A stretch of 64,000 bases of DNA from Laetmonice hystrix (taxonomy: Eukaryota). The stretch is from positions 42,472,001-42,536,000 of the forward strand of contig OZ249436.1 of the NCBI GenBank assembly GCA_965235115.1, read 5' to 3'. The position numbers were made by a program, and so were the translations under genes. Of the stretch, positions 34,829-47,635 are shown piece by piece. Every line of letters begins with the position of its first letter. Position 1 is the stretch's first letter. A model generated the notes under the pieces. That model had not been told where the DNA came from and made no database searches. It saw only the letters and a list, made by a program, of their open reading frames with translations.

Positions 34829-37800
34829 GGTAGTAGCTAAATAAAAAACATTTTGCAGTTTGATCTGGTCCACCTTTCCCTTATACGGAGGGTATGAACA
34901 AGTATTACGTAAAACACGATCGATGAAATCGGAATGAAAGACAGTCTCGCCTGTAATTATTGTGAAGTGCTATTTACAGCATGTTGCAATACTTTTGGAC
35001 AGTGAGTGTACATGTGTACAGCATTATGATATTATGTGTATACTCGGCTTGGCTATTCATGTTTTCCCCCCTTCACTCTTTCGTTCCCATGCTGTGTCTG
35101 AGTGGTAGTATGGCCCTTTGGCTTGGCTGCTGTTGCGGCATTCGACCCCTATGGAGCAGGTTCATTAGATCCGACAGAAAGCGGCCTGGAGGCCCATATA
35201 CCTGGAGGACGTCCGGAGTGCTGGGGCCTCCCGGCTTCTCCGGGAGAGGAGCGGCCACCAGATGTTACCGGGACAGACCTTGAATCATTGGTTGCCGTCT
35301 GGAATGACCTACCCCCCCCCCCCCACACACACACACACACTCCCAACCCCAGCCCCCTCCCGCCTTCACCATCGTCATACGACCGCCCTGCCCTTCCTTA
35401 TACAAGGCGTCATCAACTTCACCCGTACCATTTCCTTTGCGGCCGTAGATCATCTTCTGACTTGAACATGGCCGTACGTATATTGTCTCCCAAGTGGAAG
35501 CAGCGCAACGTACAAATTCAATAGCGGACTCGGTTTGTGAAGCCTTCAACGTTACACTCTATACCAACCGTCTAGCCGTTGACTCTCCCCTATACATTGT
35601 CGTGTTAAAGTGAAACTGACATCACATAGGTAACTTTACTGATCTAGATAGATCACTTTGGGTTGTAGACGTGTCCCTGATAGGTTTTCTGAGAAGTCCT
35701 CTCAATTTAGAAAAATATTAAAAATTCGAATCGCGTGCCACATCACAGTCTCACGCCCGCCTATTCTTTACCACTGCCCCTGATGACGTCATCAGGGGAA
35801 TTGGCTTACAAACAGTTCATGTTCTTGTACAATAACCGCTCCTTTAAAGCCAAATGCAACAATCCAGCTACCTTATACCTTCCCATATGCCTTATACAAT
35901 AAAGAATAACATCAGCAATAAATGCAGGTCAATAGGTTTTACATAAACGAGAATGCCAACCTTAAACTACGAGTACCGTACCTCTAGCCGAGAAATGAAC
36001 TCGGCGCCATTTTACATCACATTATCACATGGGAGATTGATTCAGCCAATCAAAAACAGTCAGGTCACCCGGAAGTGTGACGTCGCCAGAGCCGCGAGTT
36101 TCGACCAGCTGTCAGATCGGGTGAGGATACAAGGTAGTCAGAGAGTCTAGACTGAGAGCTGCGAGTAAGATTATCCGTGTCATAGTACTAGGAGACCGAT
36201 CAGCAGGTCTAACCACACCACTGACTTGGTGCTGATCTTTCGTGAAGATATGCCTGGGTGTGCTAGCTGAACGGTAGCCCGACGCTTTGACAGTGGCAGT
36301 GCACGCCATGTCCCCGGCCGTAGACTGCCGTAGTCTGTCACTACTGTCAGACTCCATCCATGACCCAACCAGTGTACATTTCATTCTCTAGTTGACAATT
36401 CTCCGTATAAATAATAGCTGTCAGCCACCATTTCATCCGTTGGAGGGTATTGCGACGAATTTCTGTTCGTTTAAGCGCCCGGTAAGAGATTTTTCACTAC
36501 GTTGTCGATCGACCAAATTGGCATGTCTGGCCCCGTCCAACCACCAGTGCACGCCCGTCGGGAGCACCGTGCTGCCCCGTTGTTGACTTCACCACCTGAC
36601 TCGGGTGTCGGGGTGAGTGAGGCATGGAGCCTGGGACAGGGCACGCATGAAGGGGACATGAAGTCATGTAATCGACATGGGCCGAGATAACCATGGTCCG
36701 AGTTCACCAGTAACCATTATTGTACATAGTGTCCGTGAAGATGGTTGACCAACACAGTGATGGGGGAATGGGGTAGGCTCTAGGGACGCCATTTTTTAAG
36801 GTCTCACGGCAGTGAATTTCGGCAAGATGGACGCCGTGAGCAAACGGGCAACTGTCAGTTTCTATCGGGGATTACTTTTAACACACAGACTTTGTGGGAA
36901 TTAGATGATGGCAGGTAAAAGGCACTATACCATGGTTATCCATGGGCCCTATTGCTAGTGGCGGTTTCGGATCGCTTTAAGTTAAACAACAAATTACATG
37001 TATCATCAAGATCTGGCACTAAATTTCATGTTAAGTTTGATGTCTGTTGGACTTTAGGATAGTTGGCGAAGGCATAGAGATTTTGCAAAATCCCTTTAAA
37101 TAAAGAAACGGCACCGATTCATATCTCTACGAATACATGATTACTTCCCTTTACATCTGACGGCGTGCAGTGCACAGTTTAGGAAGTAATGCGCTCCTTC
37201 TGTAATATATTACGGCTGGTTTTGTAATCCTATCGAAGTGTTATGAGCCTTGCTCGCGAGGTCCGCCATTTTGTTTTTCTATACTGCGCATGTGCAAATG
37301 GAACCGACTTCCTTTCAAAATGGAGGGCTCACACGGCGGTTTCAATTTACTACAAAAGGCCCGTACAGTCAAAATCACCTTCGAAATAGACGATGTCTTG
37401 CACGATGATTTAGCGAAATCTATGCACATTAACATGGACTTTTCATTGTAAGTAGACATCGCGACAGGGGTTTGAAATCGGCGTTGAAACCGAGCCAACC
37501 GACGCATTTGGTAAATTCACTGCTTTATTTGCACAAATTACCGAGCGCTGACAGACACGCGTATGATCCATGCCTGAAATATACCAACATTACAATTACA
37601 CCGCACGTAACTTCGAAAATAAAACACTTACCTGTCACCGATAGCAACCTATTGACATAGGTGAAGTTATAGGTTTTAAACCTGCAACGGTCACGACGTT
37701 GGAGCAGCGCAACATCGTGTGTTCTTCCTTTCATCGCCGTTACATTTTGAAATCATAGTCAAAAGGACGGTCATGCATTTGTGTCTTTCTTCTTTCTCAA

Positions 37801-39297
37801 TCTTTATGTTACCAGACATTTAAAGGTATAATATGTCACGAAAAATACGTCGTGTTTCAGCAAAAATATGTCTGCATTGAGGTTCTCCGATATGCCCCAA
37901 AGGTCCCCTACCTGTTTATGTAGCTTTGGCCGGTATTTTATAAAAAAAATCGCCAATTCTTAATGCGGTCACGGAAAATGACACACTTAGATTCCGAGAC
38001 CTCGGGATTTGCAGCCGGCTGTGTTTTGCACCCTTTTCACACGATCGGCGGATGGGACATTATAGTCCCACTCGAATCTCGAGTAATCACAGCGAGAGTC
38101 ACGTGATCACGGGACCCGTTCAAACGATTCGCGACAGCCAAAAGGGGCCAAAATGGCGGATTCATCGCACTTTCCGGACACTGCAGCTATACAGTTTTAT
38201 TCATTTTTCTACATAATTTCACAGCTGCATACTCGTAGTATGCGTTAACAGAATCAATATGAAAAACAATTAGTGCCATAAAGTACGCCAGTGGTAAGCA
38301 GGTAAACAGAAAACTGAAGATTTCGGTCGATACGCCCCGTGAAATATTTCCTTTAAGCATACGCATGGCCATTCACAGAATTCACGACCATGAACATGTT
38401 GCGCGAATTCTCTCAACTAGTTGAGTATAGGCCTAAATGTGGCTGTTTAGCTTACACACAGGGCTTGTTTGACACTACAAGAGGGGTTTACTACAGTAGA
38501 TTTAAACGGGTTATAGGTGTTCTCGCTGTCTTCTATTTCGGACTTGTCCAAACACTGGAAGTACATATTTGACAGAGGAATTGAACGGACATGACTGCAG
38601 CAGTGACGGAAGAAACAGGAACAACCGGAAGAAGTAGTCCCTGAAGGGAAGCGGTAACTAAGTGATGTATTCCTACACGACCTTACACGCACTTTGGTGC
38701 ATGCCTTTAATGGGTGTTTGGTATTCCCAGAAGAAGGAAAAAATCGACGTATTTATACTTTAATGGTGGCCGCAAATCCTGCTTTATAAGATAAGATAAC
38801 GTACTCATCATAGCAATGCCCTTTAGCTATGGCGGGGAAAATCCCAATCGTGATGCGGCGGTTTCCCGGGTATGTGTGTCGCTGTATACAACAGCTCATG
38901 TGGGTTCCTTTACAGTGAGTAGGACGGGAAGGTGACACGGGATCATGGATAGAAGAGACAAAAATAATGATCGCAATATCGCCCCTCGGCGGTGCAATGG
39001 CCACATTGCGTTCAGTCGACCGTTTGTACGTACTACACTGCCAACATGCAGCCACCGCTGAAGATGACTGCCGAAGTGACCGCCGAAACCCCTACATAAT
39101 GTGTAATCCTTTACGTTACAGTATCCGGGTACAAAACATGTACTTCTAGGGCAATGATACTAATATTATTGGCTCCATCCTGAAATCCTGTGGACAGTCG
39201 CCTAACCCCTCAACTAACAATATACACCACGCCACAACCCCCCGTATTGCGTGCACGTTTTCTCAGCACATAAAAACATTTTAAGAGGTTAGAAATC

Positions 39298-39552
39298 CTT
39301 CATGTGGTGGTCGACGCCTGATTCCATCATTATTGTGATTCGCGACAGGGCATTTCTCTTGGTTGGTGACCCTTTGACCAAGGATTGACGCTTTGCGTTA
39401 TTTATAAAAAAAACCCAACAAAATACCCTTCATAGTGGTCGACGCTTGATTCCATCATTACTTCGCCATTTAGACGTGATTCAGGGCAGGTCATTTCTCT
39501 TGGTTGTTGACCCTTAATTCAACCAAGGAATGACAGTTTGCGTTATTTATAA
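39298..39552. repeat. Diverged tandem duplication, two copies, ~130-bp period
   Basis: CTTCAT..GTGGTCGACGCYTGATTCCATCATTA...CATTTCTCTTGGTTG.TGACCCTT...TTTGCGTTATTTATAA at 39298 and 39428. Confidence 0.85.
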
Positions 39553-40825
39553 TCAACGAATCGCTAATCTATCACCGAAGCTTTCCTTCGAACTCTAAAT
39601 TCTACAAGGATGAGATCTACTGCTGAAATTATATGGCGGCATTAAAGGCACACTTCGTGTAACACGGACTGTTTTCCCCCCTCCTATCTGACAGTGTAAA
39701 GCGACCCTAAATGTAAATTCTTACCGGTGACATCGGGATAACAGACGTCCTTTCACTGCGTAGAATCAATGCAGTAAAGAAATATTGATTCGGGCACCGT
39801 TTCATTTTAACTTGGCGCCATATTCTGATAAGCAGGCCATCTGGCCTTCCCCTGATTCCCCGCAACTGTGTACTACGTCATTTTATTGTGCACACCAGCA
39901 TATATTGAGAAGAAAACACACGCACGTGCGCTTCCTTCCACCTCCTGCATAGCCACGCCATGCCGCAGAAAAAAATCTACTCGATCAAGTCAGCAGAAAA
40001 GCTGAAGTCTACGTTAGGACGAGAGATTGTATAGATCTACAACTCTTTCGGCCACATGGAGCCTGTTCCACTGAACACTTCCGGAAGTGCGGATACCGCC
40101 AGTTTTACATATAGAGGTACTGAAATATAAAAACTTGTAGATCTTATAAAATTTGAAGAACCCGAAATCTTGTGGGTAAGTGCATTAGCTTGATGAATTG
40201 GTGATCGAGTGAAAACGGGAAAATATTGGGATAAGTTGTGAAAAAGATTAGTGTCAACCCGGCAATGTATACTTCTTTTGTTGTAACATTGGCTGTTCTG
40301 TCGGTCAACCCCGAGGCAGCAGGGAAGCGGAGAACCGCCCTATAGGGTTTAACTTGTCTATATACTATATCTCGTGAATCGGTCATCATGTCCGTCTCGT
40401 ATCTCTCTGTATTAAAACAAACCGAGAGCGCATGCGTGAAGGTGTATGCGCATCACGTGATAACAACAAGAAAACCCATAGCGAAGGGGGCTCGATCCGT
40501 TGATTCTGAGTCTAGTGGGGCTTGCATGTTCAGAAATGTTGATTTCTTAGGGAAGCTGACGATAATCTTGCGCCCTTTGTTTATCAATCAATTTCAATGA
40601 AACACTACATCACCAAAAGAAGTTGTATTTGTTACTTTCTACCGAAATGCCTCTTTAAGGGCGCGATTCCTTGTAATAACGTGTTAATATCGAGGTGTGT
40701 GTTTACAATTTCTAGCGTGCACGAGTGACGACTGTCAGCACTCCAAATTATAGCGGATTCCGTGCGAGTTCTTTAATGGATATTTAAAAAAATCACTTTC
40801 GTCCTTAAAAGTGCAATGGACTTAA

Positions 40826-41305
40826 AGGAATCATGTCAACCTGGTTGAACGTTCCGGGAAGCCAGTTTGGCCTGGTTTCACGCTTACGTTGTCAAAATCT
40901 CTGCACCTTCTGCGTAGGCCCTATGTATTGTAAACAGACAGCAGCGAAATGCACTGTCACCTTCACATTCCACATTTCTTGTCGGGAACACTCAAAAACA
41001 ACGCTGCTTTCCGCCATCGGGAATGCCTGACCTGTAGACATAGCGTTGCAACAGGTGAGATGATCACGTGATTGCGGCTGTAGTCTCGCGTTCTGTGAAA
41101 AGGGTGTAAAGTCGCACGGCTAAAACTCTATCGCTAAAAAGACGCGCGTCATTCCAAATTTGCTGTTTTTTAAATATTTGTAAAAATTAATCACGAAATC
41201 CAATCAGGCAAGTAGGCAGTGCTATGGAACACAATTATCAGGCTATATACAAGCAGTATTTTCGCAAATTTGTAAAATCTATATGAAATAATTGACACTA
41301 TTCCT
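40826..41305. mobile_element. Kolobok-like TTAA MITE
   Basis: TTAA|AGGAATCATGTCAA ... TTGACACTATTCCT|TTAA. Confidence 0.75.
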
Positions 41306-44257
41306 TTAAGTAGGCCCTATAGGAGTGTCTGTCAAAATGCTAAACAAGTGTCTCTACAGGCTACTTGTTGTAGAAGGACTTTCTGGTTTAATATATCCTT
41401 TGGGAATTCAATTTCCGTATAATGCCTTTCTTAACGAAATGATTGTGGAACAAGTCCTATTTTTTCACGGATCGGAAAATGAAATTGTTGAATTATTGTC
41501 TCCCCCTGATAGCATTGAAGGTTTTGCATTGGATTGGAATAACTAGAGAAATATGAGATTTACATAATTACAAACTGCTGGTTGATTAATGAGTTTGCAA
41601 TTCCCTGCTGATTAGTTATAACAGCAACCATTTTACAATACAATATACATTTTGTATACGACTGACTAGTTCGGAGATCTATAAATGCAGAACGAATGGC
41701 TGGCGAACAACATATCCTTCAATAAATGCCGTGTAACAATAGTTTCATCACACATTCAATAGAGAAAGAACCCGTAAAATCATGGCACGTGTATGTCCTC
41801 ATGGACACCCGATAAATACATTGTGCTCGTTAAAATCGCATAAAAGTTTGTATAAAAGAACCGTTTCAAAATAAAGAAAGGGAGAAATAACGAACTTATG
41901 GCGTCATCAAAGTCCTTTTGTCAGGATCTTTTTCACAGTTTTTCACAGATACTTCAAAAAGATAAAGAAAAAGGAACAATAATGGGCATGTATGCGTATC
42001 TCCCAGTCCGCGTCCCCTACCAGCCGCAGGCCTCGTGCAGAATCCACCTCTGAGCTCCAAGCAGGAGTATTTCCATCCTTCCAGGGCTCACCAAGCCGAC
42101 TGCATGCCATCGTTGATTTTGATCAAACGAGTACGGTCATTGCCACGTACTGCATTCCCTAACACAGTGCTCCAGCACCTGGACCATGGACCACTCGTGA
42201 ATGTCAATGCCCTGTTTTGGCCCCACGAGGGTTTCCATTGTTCGTTTCTTACGACCAAGATATACTCGGGTTGGCAGCCTGCACTTACAGAGATGACACC
42301 CGGCAAGAGGAAGATTCTTAGATAGGGATTGCGAAAGGCCCGTGAGAAAGCGATGGCCATTCTCCAGGGGATCTGTGTGTACCCGTAAAATTCTGAAAAA
42401 TAAACAGCAAATGGTGCAAAACTAAATTAGGCCTATAGCTTTCATATTTAAATTCCTTTTATTACAGAACGGGACCTTAGTATAAGCACAATGTTATTCA
42501 ATTATCGATCATTCCGATTTAGGAAATAAGTACACATTTTCTGACATTAAGTAAAGATCGTTAATCGAAAACATGTGGATCATTTCATATACATTGTAAT
42601 ATATTCCCTGGCACTGGTTATATCGGTTAATCCACCAGAGGTGGACATGATAGTTTTAAACCCTATCCGGCAGTAATGAGCTGCATGCACACAGCTTCTA
42701 GTCACTAATAAATTGACACATGTAATTTCCTCCAAATCCCCCGCTGACAGTATTCGACCTGCACGTATCCAAAATCGAAAAGGCTGCAAACCGACACGAT
42801 TCCGGGAAATAAGGTGGTGCTATATCCATACTTCATCCGGGCCCTCAGGCAGAGAACCGCTTGAATTGGCATACTCGCATTATAGCTGCATTAGGCATAT
42901 GGCTCCGTGTCACCACGTGTCGGCGGGATTACCAGTTTTCGATCGCGGCCCCACGTAATGACACTTCGACGCCAGAGTGGTATCTCAGGTTTACCGCATG
43001 ATATCTGCCTCCGGCTAATCATTTCACCGGTACACAACATTTGGCATGCTGATGCACTTGCTACTTAGTCCAACCGAGAGATATAGCAAGATTTACCGAA
43101 CATAAGTGAGAACCAGCGACAGTTTGCTTGGCTCTACAATACTCTGTATGATCACCGCCACTCGGTCGTGGTCACATAAATCGGTATAATAGAAGATTCG
43201 TGGACGCGTCCCTGACGACATCCACCCCCTCCCTATAGTAGGTGCCCTAATCCCGACAAAGGCCTTCCTCATGGATGCCGAAGCAGCCCCACTGGGGATG
43301 CTGTATGGATGAGAGCGGTCCCATCGTCGATCAGAAGATGATGATGTCTCGCCTGGAAGGACATGATTCTGAATAAGGTCGGCAGAAATCTGCCTGAAAT
43401 TTATGAAGTTAGTGTGCGTAAAATTATGGTAAACTCGTTCAGGGAATTGACCCCGATAACCTGTGGAAAGAATTATAGAGGACAGCAGGATAAAGTCGAG
43501 GGGAATTTATTACCCATGGTATAATTATATAGCAAATTTAGAAAATCTCCCTTTCTCTCTCTAACGACTATAACTCTAGTATATTAGCCGCCTTTCATGT
43601 AAAGGATATAATTTTTCTTGCAACAACTAATGTCATGTAGAGCGTATAACATGAAAACTGCCCCTGCGCCTGTATTTTGTTCTATCAAAACGTGATAGGT
43701 CTATAGTGTTTCCGTATCGATAGAAAAGTTATGTCGTTATAGAGTATGCCCCCCCCCCCCCCCCCAAAAAAAAGAGTCTAACTTTAGGTGTGCAATACAC
43801 TTAGATACTTTAGAGGATTGTCGAATTTTGAATTTTAAAGTTAAGTTTGATCCCCCTAGATAATTCTCAGCAAGTTTGGTGTTGACAGGGTGACACATTA
43901 CTGATCACAACCAGTATCTCTTTTTGACAAAGGAACACAGACTATCATTTTTGGGGGGACATACTGTAGTGACTGAATTCAAACAACAGAGAAAAAAAAG
44001 AAAGACACAACGTCTAACAGGCGACAGTTATAAAAACACCTTTACGAAAACTTAGACTACAATAAAGTCTTTTCTTTTTGGCCTTTTATTGTGGTCACTG
44101 GTTAATTGGTCCCTATATGTGGTCATTCATCAATTATCTTTCTCCCATCTTTTTAAGAAGTATGATCCTACAGCTAAGTCCACCCTAACCGGGCCTACCC
44201 AAGACCACATTCTCTGAGTAATACGTGGAGGATGCCGCAAGCAGCCTTCCCGAATTA

Positions 44258-44692
44258 AAGCTACTCTCGCACTTTGCCGAGTTTCATCCCGAGGGACAAC
44301 GAGTAATGCCGAGCTGAACTCGTAGTCACACTTATGGTAACTCGGGGAATTATGTATCCTTGCACCACGATATGACCACGGTATAGGTACGAGTGTGGCC
44401 CCTGTATAGGCTCGGGATAACTCTGCATGCCTCCGTGTTCCTCGTAGCGAATTCGGCTAAACTCGGATGTAATCGGCATAACTCCGCATAACTCGTATGC
44501 CATTCGTACCTCACTCGGCTGAAGTCGTGTCAGGCTCGTGGCAACTCGTACAAAGCTGACTATATACGAGTCGTGCCGAGTTGTGCCGAGTGAGCCCAAG
44601 AGCCCGATTACTATTACGAGTTTTCACGACCTTTACCACGAGTTTCCACGAGATAACTCGGCATCAAACTCGGCAAAGTGGGAGACCTGCTT
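44258..44692. mobile_element. Harbinger-like MITE saturated with CTCG/CGAG
   Basis: AAGCTACTCTCGCACTTTGCCGAGTTT / AAACTCGGCAAAGTGGGAGACCTGCTT. Confidence 0.8.
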
Positions 44693-46648
44693 AATTTCAG
44701 AGTCCTCCAACTAGTACGGAAAATTAATATGTCCCCTAATGGGAATTAGTACCCCCCCCCCCAAACAAAAATAACGACATACCCAGAGCACCCCGTAGAG
44801 GGATATTCTGAGATTACTGCGTCGAGTACGTTATGGCTCTTTGTTCCAAAAATGTGGCGCTAAGATTTGGCTGTCGACATTTCATGGAACGTGCTCCTGT
44901 ATAAGCCTAATTTCTTGGATAAGTCCTCCGTCTCTCCAGCCGTCAAATGCGGGTCGCGCTTAATTGTCAGGAAGGACAGATGATTTCGAGTAAAGTACAT
45001 GTACTCAGTGAGTGTCCTGTGGATATTGACCATGACACGATGAGGATTTTCCGAGCCACGAAAGGCCCATAATCTAACTAATCTCTCCAATGTGTGTTCA
45101 GAGTGTAATTACAAGTGTTCACGCAGCACCCACGGCGGCACATACATGCAGAGAGCACTGATAACTGCCAGAGTCCGCGGGCCTGTGTACAGGCCTATAG
45201 GACTTGCCACTCAATCGCATACAGTTACAGCGGAGCGTATCAATTTCCAGGAACTGGGGTTACATGCCTGCTTTCTGACGCAGTGTGTGAAACATCTTGA
45301 ACGGTCAATGCCCAGAAATAACTTATCTACATTATGGAACGCAGGTAGAATGGAATTTATGGTATACCTCCTGATCTAGGACCATCTCTCGTCGAGGTGG
45401 ATCTTGGATCCCCAATCATAGATGTAAAGATGATTTCTGGCTGACGCTAAATGTTCTCTAGAACATAGAGTTCTTGGTTTCAGTATTTAGACGGGCGGAC
45501 CCCAAGTGTGTGCGTGCTGCAAAGGGGAGGGGGGGGGGGGGGTGCGTGTGTATATTTAGTCTACATGTTTGTCATCTATGTTAGAAAGTGTTTGAATACA
45601 TATTAAAACTTTTGGGGTATATGTATAGATAGGTGAATCGTTTTTGTTGTTTTGGAATAGGAAAGATCAGCTTTGTCAATTTAATTCTTTAATTTTCGTT
45701 TCGTATCGGACACCTAACGATTCTTCATCCTCCTTTATCACAGTTTCCTACAATGTATGCAGGGTCTCAGTTTACATGATGCTGGCATTAGAAACGAACT
45801 TGAATTAAGTTCCATTTGATCCTATATTGGTCAGGGATTAGTTTCTTTATTCTATTGAGAAAGGGGCCTTTTAGCTTTAATGGACTGAGTTAAAGGTGCG
45901 GATAAAGTTCCTTAAAGGAGAAGACCAGTCAAAAATCACATTTGGACAGCTGCAAGGCCTCTATATATACTCACCTTTCAGAGTAGTGGTTGGAAATAAA
46001 TGTCCCCCTATTCCAAGAAGTCATATATTGAACATGACAACCGTGTCAATTTCACTGGCTTCAGCAGCGCAGCCATTTGTTGCTATTGGGCTGACCGGAA
46101 GTGACGTTCCAGGGCTAATCTTTTGCATGCCAGGGCTAGGCTATACTAGGCTAAAGGCAGTCGAGGCGGGTGGCAAATCGACGGGGGTCAGTCCCACAGT
46201 CACAGTCACAGTCACAACTAAACGCAGCAGGTCTGTGCTGACCATGCTGACACTACCTGCCATTGCTCGCGGTCGTAGTCTGAGTGGCGCCGGGCCTCAG
46301 GGGCCAGGAGCTCCCGTCAACATCACAGATTCACACGCATGCACGAATCCAAGTGGGGCGAATGCAGGCGGCCGAAACCCACGGCTGCCCAGATCCGTGT
46401 CCACCCTGATATGTCCTCTGACATCGGTAGGCTTTTCCTAGCCATTCCTCATCACTATCGATGGTTTTCGTCTATGTTCTAACAAATTTTGCTTATAAGC
46501 TGTCAACTTTGGCTGCCTTCCAAATCGATCAACGCAACAGGTGCGTCAGCTTTTAGTTCCTCCCTAACTGGAGAGCAGTTGTGCTGCGCATGCTCGCCTA
46601 GGGCGACCATGCGCACTTTGAGATTAGCCCAAGGAATGGCAGCCTTAA

Positions 46649-47175
46649 AGGGAGTCGTAAAATTCATTTTTTTCGATTTATGGCAGTCTTAGAAACATAT
46701 GATTCGCATACCTTGGACTCCCAGTAACATCATGTGAGACTGTTATGGCCCAGCGACCAGTATTTAGTAAGGAAAATATGCCAAATCTCTCGCAAATACG
46801 TAGCTCAGAATTAGCGAGCGGCCCACAGGATATTTGAGTTGGCCGCGGTCGGGCGATGATGACGCGTGATCACGTGACTTCCGGGTGTGGAAGGGAATCT
46901 CCCTCTAGTCTAGTGTTGACCTAAATACCGCATGTACACCCGGAAGTCACGTGATCACGCGTCATCATCGCCCGACCGCGGCCAACTCAAATATCCTGTG
47001 GGCCGCTCGCTAATTCTGAGCTACGTATTTGTGAGAGATTTGGCATATTTTCCTTACTAAATACTGGTCGCTGGGCCATAACAGTCTCACATGATGTTAC
47101 TGGGAGTCCAAGGTATGCGAATCATATGTTTCTAAGACTGCCATAAATCGAAAAAAATGAATTTTACGACTCCCT
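46649..47175. mobile_element. Young Kolobok-like palindromic MITE (240-bp arms, 47-bp spacer)
   Basis: TTAA|AGGGAGTCGTAAAAT...ATTTTACGACTCCCT|TTAA; arms 46649-46888 and 46936-47175 differ at only one position that I could find. Confidence 0.95.
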
Positions 47176-47383
47176 TTAACCAGCTGAGCAGGTTGTAAGA
47201 AGCCTCGGGCACTAAAGTGCCTATATCTTAACTATCTGAGCACCAATTGTGTTCAAATATTTTTTTAACTTACTTAGAATATCACGGCATGTGTGCTTGG
47301 CCTGTACAGACTGGCGATGGTCTTTTCTTTTAAAAGGCTACCTTTTATCCTCAGCAACACCATTTTAAAATGTGTCAGGTTTG

Positions 47384-47635
47384 AATGATCAGTGAAAGTA
47401 TAGAGAAATGGAGTTACAGTTAGCCGTCCCGTTACCGTTCGGACCGACCGCCATTTGGGAGGCGAGGCTTGTAGGGAATTTCCCTATACATCCGACTATA
47501 ATGCGCGCAGTACTTTCGGTATTGTCGTATTTAGGGCAATCCCTACGAGCCTCACCTTGCAGATAGCGTTCAGTCCGAACGGTAACGGGACGGTCGGTAA
47601 CTCCAGGTTCTCTATGTATATGCTCAGTGATCATT
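47384..47635. mobile_element. Imperfect hairpin MITE
   Basis: TAGAGAA..GGAGTTAC..CCGTCCCGTTACCGTTCGGAC vs GTCCGAACGGTAACGGGACGG..GTAACTCC..TTCTCTA. Confidence 0.75.

Larger units (their letters stand above)
34023..35008 (-). mobile_element. Internally deleted Tc1 element
   Basis: TA|CACTCACTGGCCATAAATATTGCAACAT ... ATGTTGCAATACTTTTGGACAGTGAGTG|TA; transposase remnant on the minus strand. Confidence 0.9.

Noticed and set aside
45896..46441. 181-aa ORF
   Set aside because: GTG start, low-complexity CpG-rich promoter-like or transposon-internal sequence, no recognisable domain.
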